Shown here one piece after another: positions 27,496-34,563 of a DNA stretch of 64,000 nt. Numbering within the stretch: the first letter of the stretch is position 1; each line of letters opens with the position of its first letter. The DNA comes from a virus: IMG/VR virus record IMGVR_UViG_3300028920_000034, positions 89,115 through 153,114 of that record, one strand, 5' to 3'. Under the pieces are notes generated by a model, which was not told the origin of the DNA, ran no database searches, and saw nothing but the letters and a program-made list of their open reading frames with translations. Both the position numbers and the translations under genes were made by a program.

Positions 27496-29139
27496 CTACT
27501 CGCTGTCCTCGAGGGCCATCGCTGCCGCGGATGGCCGGCTTTGGAGCTTACGCACCAGGTCCTTGAGGAGCCCTTTCGCGCGCCATGCGCCCGCGCGGGC
27601 CTTGCCCACCAGCTCGGCTGCGTCCCGGGCATCGATCATTGCCGCCCGCGGGGGCGGGGGGTCCATGCGTCCGAGTAGGTCCGCGAGGGAGTCCGCGCCA
27701 CGCAGGTCCACCTGGGCGTCCATGGCTGCCCGGGCGATGTACTCGAGGGGGTTGGCCTTGATCTGGTGAGCCGCGCCGCTCGGGAGGTGCAGCTTGACGG
27801 CCTCGAGGAGCCCCCCGAGGGTGTCCGTGGACTCCTGGGCGCGGAGCTTCTTGAGGTGGGCCTCCATGGATCGGATGGTCTGCTCGAGCTTGCCCTTGAG
27901 CTTGCGCTCATCACGGGAGAGCTCCCCGGCCATCCTGGCGATGGTCCGGTATTCGGCCTTGATCGAAGCGAGCTCCGCCTCGAGCCGGTCAGCGACCGTG
28001 GCCTTGGCCTCCCCGAACATGCCGGTCTGAATCGGGTCCGGACGCCGCTTCTCGGAGCCGCCGGCCCCGGGGCTGATGGTGACCGTCATGGAATCGTAGA
28101 TTGCCTGGTGGGCGATCTCCACCTGGGCATTGCCCTTGCGGTAGATCCACCTGTTGCGATGTTCCCAGCCGCCCGGCTTGAACCCCGCCTCGGTGAACCC
28201 CTTGCGCTGGAGCCATTCGATGATGGCCTTCCGGCACTCATGGGGGCGCCCCACGTCGTCCTTGGACAGCACCATGCCTTGGCCGCCCTTGCCCGGCTCC
28301 ACCTTGAACCGGCCGTACCGCTTGATCGCCTTGGCCAGCGCCATGGCGAACGCCACGTCCGGATCCACCAGGGGCCGGCTTTCCCCGAATAGTGCTCCCT
28401 GGCCGGTGAACTCGCGCCGGGCCGGCTTGTGCGCGCTGGGGCCTTCGGGCCCGCGTAGCTGGATGTTCCGAGAGTAGATGATCCGAATCCCCTTGAACGG
28501 GGTGGACGATTCGATGCTCACCTCGTCCCGGTCCCGCTTGTAGATCTGCCGGTAGGGCTTGCCCCACTCGAAATCGTCCGGCTTGCCGGTCGTCTTGGCG
28601 AGCTTGAAGCCCTGACCCAGGAGGAACCGCTTGAGCTTGCGGCGCACCTCCTCGCCCTTGTTGCCCACGTCGTCGCACTTGAGGGCGTAGCTCATCGGGC
28701 CAGCAGTGTCCTGGTACTTCCAGGAGCCGGTGCCTTTGAGCTTCTCCTTGAGCTTCTCCCCGAAGTCGGCGCCCTTGGACTCCTCGAGCTCGATGCCCTC
28801 CCCGAGGCGCCGCCGGGCCTGGACAGCCACCTCGAGGGGTAGCGCGGACAGGTAGCCCTCCCGCCAGTCCTTGTTGTCGGACTTCTGGGGCACCTGGACG
28901 GCGAGCTTGGCTCCGCCTCGCCGCATGTCCACCCGGGCCGTGGCCGCGCCGGCCTTGAACGCCTTGCTCAAGGTGTTCACGCCCGTCTTGGACTTGAGCT
29001 GGGCGAGCTTGGTTTGCAGGGCCGCCACGTTGCTCGCGTCCCGATGTAGGTCTCCGAACCGGCGCTTCTTGCGCCCTTCATCGAGCTCCATGCCGGCCGC
29101 TTCGCGGATACCCTGTAGCAGATTGTCCAGATGGTTCAT
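27496..29139 (-). CDS. Putative cargo polyprotein (about 5 modules, two paralogous)
   Basis: Leader LDNLLQGIREAAGMELDE|G; linkers LEE|S, FGE|S, FGE|A, DTLGGLLE|A. Confidence 0.7.
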   Translation of the reverse strand: MNHLDNLLQGIREAAGMELDEGRKKRRFGDLHRDASNVAALQTKLAQLKSKTGVNTLSKAFKAGAATARVDMRRGGAKLAVQVPQKSDNKDWREGYLSALPLEVAVQARRRLGEGIELEESKGADFGEKLKEKLKGTGSWKYQDTAGPMSYALKCDDVGNKGEEVRRKLKRFLLGQGFKLAKTTGKPDDFEWGKPYRQIYKRDRDEVSIESSTPFKGIRIIYSRNIQLRGPEGPSAHKPARREFTGQGALFGESRPLVDPDVAFAMALAKAIKRYGRFKVEPGKGGQGMVLSKDDVGRPHECRKAIIEWLQRKGFTEAGFKPGGWEHRNRWIYRKGNAQVEIAHQAIYDSMTVTISPGAGGSEKRRPDPIQTGMFGEAKATVADRLEAELASIKAEYRTIARMAGELSRDERKLKGKLEQTIRSMEAHLKKLRAQESTDTLGGLLEAVKLHLPSGAAHQIKANPLEYIARAAMDAQVDLRGADSLADLLGRMDPPPPRAAMIDARDAAELVGKARAGAWRAKGLLKDLVRKLQSRPSAAAMALEDSE

Positions 29140-29447
29140 GGTGTGCGTTCTTCCTTGGCTGCCGCCGCCTGGACTTCCTTGGCCTTGGCTTCGATCCCCT
29201 TGGCGAGGGCGATCACCGCCTTCAGGTCTCGGCCTTTGACGGCCTTGACGAGCTTCAGGAGCTTGCCGTGGATCTCGCCAGTGCAGTTGGCGATCTCTGG
29301 CCACTGGTCCTTGCGTGGCTTGGGGTCGAGCCGTCCCGCCGGGGCGCTTCCACGGTGGCGTCCGGCGAGAATATCGTCAGCGCCCCACCGGGTCTCGTCC
29401 ACTGGCTCGAGCCCGGCCGCTTGGCGAATCTCCTCGGTGATGCTCAT
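29136..29447 (-). CDS. Putative cargo protein
   Basis: Leader MSITEEIRQAAGLEPVDE|T. Confidence 0.7.
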   Translation of the reverse strand: MSITEEIRQAAGLEPVDETRWGADDILAGRHRGSAPAGRLDPKPRKDQWPEIANCTGEIHGKLLKLVKAVKGRDLKAVIALAKGIEAKAKEVQAAAAKEERTP

Positions 29448-29454
29448 GGTGCTC

Positions 29455-30315
29455 CTACTTCGCGGCGAGGATCTTCGCGCCAGCGAGATTCACCACATCG
29501 AACTCGGAGCCATAGCCGGTGTCCCGCCCGCGGTAGACCTTCACGTGCAGTGGCTTGGGCGAATAGATGTTCAAGCGGTCCTCGAAGTCCTGTCCATCGG
29601 TGGCCATGCGGATGGCAGCCTTGAGGCGCTTGAGCCCCTTGATCGTGCCGCCAGAGCCCTGGACCATGCCGGTGTACTTCTTGCCGTTGGCAGTCTGAAT
29701 CGTGAACGTGAGACCGTCCTTGTTGTGACTGGCCATCGCCTCGGTGAGCCCGGCCGCTTGGCGCACATCTTCCACCAGGTCCGCGGAGAACTCGGTGTCC
29801 TCATGCCGAGCTCGCTCCACCTTCCTGACGCCCTCATAGGCTGCCTTGGTGGCCGCCACCGAGGCTTCGATGGCCTCTTTCAGCTTGTAGGGGATGCCCT
29901 CTTTTCGGCTGTCGATGCCCTCCATGCCAGCCACCACCTGGTTGGCATAGTGGGCTGCCAGCTTCGCGTTTGCCCCAACGGTGCCCCGCTTCGGATTGTA
30001 GGGGGAGCGAACCTCGTCCAGCTCGGTGTCCTCCGTGTGGCCCTTGAGGGCCCACTGGAGAGCTGTCACCAGGTTGTCCACGTTGGCACCCTTGGCTTGC
30101 TCCCGCTTGGCGAACACCCAAACGCTGTTGAGCTTCTTGGCTGGCACGTTGTTCTTGAGCCAGTTGGCGAGCTTTTTGATGTGGGTGTTGCTCCACCTGG
30201 CAGGGTTGGTTTTGATCCCCGCGTTGCTGGCGAAGCTGGAAACGATTTTGGTAAGGGCTGGGTCCACCGCTTCGCCCAGCCCGGCTTCGGCGCGGATGCT
30301 TTCGATGATGTTCAC
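29455..30315 (-). CDS. Putative cargo polyprotein (3 modules)
   Basis: AGGAG then GTG at 30315; leader NIIESIRAEAGLGE|A; linkers ELDE|V, DLVEDVRQAAGLTE|A. Confidence 0.7.
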   Translation of the reverse strand: MNIIESIRAEAGLGEAVDPALTKIVSSFASNAGIKTNPARWSNTHIKKLANWLKNNVPAKKLNSVWVFAKREQAKGANVDNLVTALQWALKGHTEDTELDEVRSPYNPKRGTVGANAKLAAHYANQVVAGMEGIDSRKEGIPYKLKEAIEASVAATKAAYEGVRKVERARHEDTEFSADLVEDVRQAAGLTEAMASHNKDGLTFTIQTANGKKYTGMVQGSGGTIKGLKRLKAAIRMATDGQDFEDRLNIYSPKPLHVKVYRGRDTGYGSEFDVVNLAGAKILAAK

Positions 30316-30325
30316 GATGGAGCTC

Positions 30326-30841
30326 CTACTTCTCGACGGTGAGGCCCTTTTCCGCCAGGTAGGCGAGAATGGCCTTGGTGAACATGGCACGGATGCGCTG
30401 GCTCATGGGTTTTGACCAGTCGCCTTTTTTGGCCCAGCCGGTGCCGTAGGCTTTGATCAGCTTGCGCTTGACTGCGACTGCCGCAGCGGCGGAGAGCTGG
30501 TCCAGCTTGTTGTCACTGAGGATGAGGTTGTCATCCTGGGTGAGGCCCTCCTCGAGCTCGGTGTCCACGTCTTCGCGGGTGGTGGTGACGCTCATGGGCT
30601 TACCGCCCGCGAGCCCGGCGATCCGATTCACGTACATGGACACCTGGGAGACCCGGTTGAACACGTTGAGGGCCTGGCGCCGCTTCACGAAGTCGCCCAG
30701 CGTGTTCACGTTGCGCGCGAGTCGGTGCATGGCCTGATCCACCTTGCGCCAGGTGCTCGCGTCCATTTCGGCTTCGGTGAGGTTCTCTTTGGGCTCGAGG
30801 CCCGCGTGGCTCCGGATCTCTTCGATCAGATTCTGGCTCAT
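30326..30841 (-). CDS. Putative cargo protein (2 modules)
   Basis: Leader MSQNLIEEIRSHAGLEPKENLTE|A; internal ELEE|G. Confidence 0.7.
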   Translation of the reverse strand: MSQNLIEEIRSHAGLEPKENLTEAEMDASTWRKVDQAMHRLARNVNTLGDFVKRRQALNVFNRVSQVSMYVNRIAGLAGGKPMSVTTTREDVDTELEEGLTQDDNLILSDNKLDQLSAAAAVAVKRKLIKAYGTGWAKKGDWSKPMSQRIRAMFTKAILAYLAEKGLTVEK

Positions 30842-30905
30842 GGACTTCCTCCTGGGAGTTGCCCATTACCATACCAGAGGCGATCCCAACGGGGAAGCCT
30901 CCTTG

Positions 30906-30983
30906 TCCTACATCACGGACACCTGGCCACGGATTCGGATCAACTCGACACCTGGAAGGCCGAGCCGCCGCACCCACACCTGG
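30906..30983 (-). promoter_or_regulatory. 20 bp motif (copy 2) plus three CCAGGTGT repeats at 28-29 bp spacing
   Basis: CAGGTGTCCGTGATGTAGGA; plus-strand ACACCTGG at 30919, 30948, 30976. Confidence 0.55.
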
Positions 30984-31067
30984 GTCCCGATTTACGATTT
31001 TTTGCCGCCAGAGAATACCTGAGCCATTCGATCCGCATTTTTCGCGGGTGCCCCTCCCCAAGGCACA

Positions 31068-31253
31068 TCACTCTGTATCAGGACTGTACGGGTCCTGTAT
31101 CCAGTCTGTATCGCCGTCCAGCTCCTCCAAGGTCGGGGCCCGCGGACTCCACCCGAACGGCCCCTCCACCGGCTCCACCAGCTCCATCTCCTTCCGCACC
31201 TCCCGCGCCAGCTTCCACCCAGCCATGCTCACCAGCTCGCCCATGTCGCTCAC
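31068..31253 (-). CDS. Small acidic hypothetical protein
   Basis: Purine-rich AGGTAGGTAGGAG upstream of GTG; 61 aa. Confidence 0.45.
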   Translation of the reverse strand: MSDMGELVSMAGWKLAREVRKEMELVEPVEGPFGWSPRAPTLEELDGDTDWIQDPYSPDTE

Positions 31254-31259
31254 CTCCTA

Positions 31260-31910
31260 CCTACCTAATGGGCGCTACGGGCCAGATGTTGCCGTTCCGG
31301 TCCGATTTTTTTCGCGGCGAGGCGCGGGGAGCTCGTCCACAGCTCCGGCCACCGGCCGGCGTACCCCACACGCTTCCCCCCACGCTTGGAACCTCCCCAC
31401 GGCTCTCCTACACTTACCCCCACGCCTCCCACGGCTCCACCAGGACGCTCGCCCACAACCCCACCCCAGTACCCCGAAACCTACCGCTCGCTCCGCTCGC
31501 ACCTCACCTGGACAAGCAACCCCGAAACGCCCCAGACCTTCCACCGCATCACCCACACCTTCCACCGCACTCCCAAGACTTTCCCCCGCACTTCCCCCGC
31601 ACCAGCGCATCGCACCAGCGCCCCGCACTCGCGTTCGCCTCGCCCGCACGCACGTGCGTCACACCCTCTGGGGAAAAAAACACCCCCCCAATGTGAGAGG
31701 GTCCCGCACGGGGTCCCGGAACCCGGATTCGAATCCACTTTCTTGACTGGATCCATCCGGAATACCCCCCCTCCACCCCTGGGGTGTCGGATCCACAGTC
31801 GGATCCACAGCACCGAGGCGCCGGTGGCCTCGAGGCGCGCCGCCCCCCGGGCCGAGCCCGGCCGGGATCCACTCCGCCCCCGGTGGCCAGACTGGGATCC
31901 ACAACGGCGA
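31260..31910. repeat. Probably non-coding C-rich/palindrome-rich region
   Basis: Many CCCC runs; GCCCGCACGCACGTGCG (also at 33780); GGATTCGAATCC; five GGATCCA; tandem TCGGATCCACAG. Confidence 0.6.
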
Positions 31911-32024
31911 GGCGCCGCCCCCGGGCCGGGGCCCGCTGCACTCACGTTCGGGGAGCTCGAGGTAGACGCGCCCGGGGCTGGCCCGGGCCGGGGCAGGGTC
32001 GCGCGGGGGACGCGCCCGGGGCGG

Positions 32025-32552
32025 TCAGGAGCGGGTGGCCTCGGGGCCCTGGGCCGTGGCCATCGGTGGGCACCACAGCCGGAGCTGCTCCTCCTCGAAG
32101 GCGCGCCATCGGTCCCTGGCCTCGAGGGCAAGCTCCGCCGCCTGGTCCGCCGTGTAGGGGGACGCCTGGGTGGGTGACCACAGGAGCCGGCCCACGGTCC
32201 GCCACACGTCCAGCTCGAGCCCGATGGCCAGCACGCCGTGAGGCACGTACAGCCGGAGCTGGGGCTCGCCCACCTGGGCCGCCGGCACCACCAGCCGATC
32301 TCCCACCTGGCGGATAGGTGGCTCGGTTCTGTCACCCTGTCCCCACGCCCGGGCGAACACCTTGCGCGCCTGGTCCGCCATGGCATCACCGAGTCGGGCC
32401 GCCGGGCCACCGAGGAAGCCCACCAGGTCCCCATCGGTCAGGGGCTCGGGCTCCTCCATCTGGCTCGCCCAGAGCTGGCCCTCCGCGTCCAGTCCTATCA
32501 GGCCCCCTGGCAGCCCCACCTCGGTTCCGTCCTTGAGTCGCATCGAATCCAT
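32025..32552 (-). CDS. Hypothetical protein
   Basis: GGAGG upstream; plausible composition. Confidence 0.55.
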   Translation of the reverse strand: MDSMRLKDGTEVGLPGGLIGLDAEGQLWASQMEEPEPLTDGDLVGFLGGPAARLGDAMADQARKVFARAWGQGDRTEPPIRQVGDRLVVPAAQVGEPQLRLYVPHGVLAIGLELDVWRTVGRLLWSPTQASPYTADQAAELALEARDRWRAFEEEQLRLWCPPMATAQGPEATRS

Positions 32553-32706
32553 CAGCTCAACCTCCCTGGCGTCTGGCGCCCACTGTAGGTGCCCCGCCCG
32601 GGCTCCCTTCCCCCGGCCCGCCGCCGCCCCGCTTCGGGCTCCAGGGTAGGGTGTAGGCTACACCATGGCGATCCCCAGGGCAAGCCCCGACGCACCCGGC
32701 GAGCAT

Positions 32707-32912
32707 CGCTCCCAGGCCCGTGATTTTCGTTCTTTCGTCAATGATTCCGTGACCAGCTACCCCCGGTTCCGACCCCTCGAGGCCCCGGTGGCCCCCAGTG
32801 GCCCCCCTCGAGGCGCCCCGCTGCACCGAAAAACGCAATGATTCTGTCAGGCGCTCCCTGCCCCTGGCGCTCCCAGGCCCGTGATTTTCGTTCTTTCCTT
32901 AATGATTCCGTG
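32707..32912. repeat. 45 bp intergenic direct repeat (32707-32751, 32868-32912)
   Basis: CGCTCCCAGGCCCGTGATTTTCGTTCTTTC(G/C)T(C/T)AATGATTCCGTG. Confidence 0.85.
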
Positions 32913-32917
32913 GAAGG

Positions 32918-33748
32918 CTACTCGGGCTCGTCATCACTGAACGCCACCAGCTCCCCGGCCAGGCTGGCCGCCGCTGCATCCTGGCTCCGCTGGCTGGTGA
33001 GGAACCGGTGGAGCACCCCGAGCACCTTGGTGCGCCGCCTGGGGTCCAGGAGGGCCTCCTGAACGTCCTGGCGCCCGGCGAAGCGCCCCTTGACTACCCC
33101 GGCCAGGCGCTCCTCGAGGGTGGCCCGCTGCTCCTCGGGGCCGCCCCCGAGTCCACCGAGGCGCTCGCGTAGGCCCCCGTGGACACGTAGGGTCTGGCGC
33201 ATCTCGCCCATGAGCTCCCGCACGTCCCGGAACGTCTTGGGCCTCACCCCTGGGTTGGTAGTCCCCACCTGGGTGGGCTCGGTGTCCCCGTCCAGGCCCC
33301 CCTCGCCCGGGCTGGGCAGCGCCACCTGGGGCGCGCCCCCGAGTTCCTCCGCGCCCACGGTGCCCGGGCTGGGCGCCACGCCGGTGGCCTCGCATAGCAG
33401 AGCCTTTTCAACGCGGTATAGCTCCCCGAGCTCCACCAGCTCCCCCAGGGCCGTCTCGAGGGCCGTGGCCGCGCGCACCTGCATGGCGCTCATCTGGGTG
33501 GGGTTCATCACCTCCGCGGGGGCGAGGGCCGCCTTGGCGTAGCGTGAGATCTCCTGGCGTAGCAGGTCGTGAGCCACGTCCCCAAGGAAGCCGTTGGCGT
33601 GGATCCGCCTCGCCACCTCCGCCGCCGGGTAACCCTCGCGGATCCACTCCACAATGTCCGGGAGGATCGGTAGCTGGCGGATCCGCTGTCCCGGCTCGGG
33701 GCCGCGCCGCCTCGGGGCCTCGTCCGCTCTGTCGCTGATGGTCACCAT
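32918..33748 (-). CDS. HTH protein, possible terminase small subunit (DUF3486/Mu gp27-like N-terminus)
   Basis: RIRQLP..IVEWIREGYPAAEVARRI...EISRY resembles the DUF3486 HTH; followed by helical regions; GGAGG RBS. Confidence 0.45.
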   Translation of the reverse strand: MVTISDRADEAPRRRGPEPGQRIRQLPILPDIVEWIREGYPAAEVARRIHANGFLGDVAHDLLRQEISRYAKAALAPAEVMNPTQMSAMQVRAATALETALGELVELGELYRVEKALLCEATGVAPSPGTVGAEELGGAPQVALPSPGEGGLDGDTEPTQVGTTNPGVRPKTFRDVRELMGEMRQTLRVHGGLRERLGGLGGGPEEQRATLEERLAGVVKGRFAGRQDVQEALLDPRRRTKVLGVLHRFLTSQRSQDAAAASLAGELVAFSDDEPE

Positions 33749-33759
33749 GGGGGCCTCCT

Positions 33760-34062
33760 ACTGGATCTGATTCGAATCTGCCCGCACGCACGTGCGCCTC
33801 TGGATCCAGATCTGGGATTCGAATCCGGGCCCCGCGCGGGAGAGCGTGCGTAAAAAAAAGGGGGTGTAGGACGTGAAAACGGGGGTTTACGGGGATCTCG
33901 TACCCTGTAAACACGCTCGGGGTCATCTGGAAACGATAGCAGTTGCGGCAGGTTGTTAGGCGTTAGGCGTAGCTGTAGGCAAGGGGAGAGCGTAGGCGTA
34001 GCTGTAGACATGGACAGCATGGACGGCGTAGCTGGGCAGCTCGAGGTGAAGCTGTAGCTGGT
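33760..34062. repeat. Palindromes and iteron-like repeats upstream of the HTH gene
   Basis: GATTCGAATC 33769, TCTGGATCCAGA 33799, GGATTCGAATCC 33815; TAGGCGTAGCTGTAG at 33964 and 33993, partial copies at 34025 and 34051. Confidence 0.7.
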
Positions 34063-34213
34063 GAGCTTGGTGCCTACGGTGCTCTGCATAGTGACTCTAG
34101 GATAGCTTCTATTGTGGGTTGGATCTAGTCCCCCGCCGAATCGCCCCGCACCGCCATGGTTACTCTGGACGTTTCCTTCGTGTCCCGGCCAACGGGTAGT
34201 AGTGGGGTGTATA

Positions 34214-34369
34214 TCAGTTGCCACAGCGGGATAGTAGGGCCAGCGAGCCCACGATGTAGGCCAGCCAGAGCACCGTGGCCACCGTATCCCATGGGGTCCA
34301 CCCGACCCACCTGGTGGCCGTGGTCTCGGTTCCGTCCCCGTTGCTCCTGGTGCTGGTGCGGTAGCTCAT
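34214..34369 (-). CDS. 51 aa membrane peptide
   Basis: My translation; ATGA overlap with upstream gene; C-terminal TM helix. Confidence 0.45.
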   Translation of the reverse strand: MSYRTSTRSNGDGTETTATRWVGWTPWDTVATVLWLAYIVGSLALLSRCGN

Positions 34370-34563
34370 GGAGTCTCTTCCCGGGCCGCCTCGAGGCCCT
34401 TGTAGAGGAGCACTCCGAACGCCTGGGAACGGCTGGTCTGGACGCCTGGGGGGAGCTCCCGCTGTAGGGTCACCTGGTAGCGGTCCACCAGCTCGAGGAG
34501 CTTTGGGTCCAGCGTCACGGCCACCCGGACCTTCCGGTGGCGCGTCCTCTTGGGCTTGCTCAT
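34366..34563 (-). CDS. Ribbon-helix-helix DNA-binding protein
   Basis: KVRVAVTLDPKLLELVDRY...SRSQAF..LL..GL. Confidence 0.65.
   Translation of the reverse strand: MSKPKRTRHRKVRVAVTLDPKLLELVDRYQVTLQRELPPGVQTSRSQAFGVLLYKGLEAAREETP

Noticed and set aside
31068-31253. MGELVS..W match to the portal C-terminus (MGELVSKHW)
   Set aside because: Only six residues; could be chance
31715-31740. tRNA T-loop-like GGATTCGAATCC
   Set aside because: No cloverleaf, acceptor stem or anticodon arm could be built around any copy; treated as palindromes
33960-34062. Possible CRISPR mini-array
   Set aside because: Repeats are 10-15 bp and degenerate, with a period too short for repeat plus spacer; no cas genes seen
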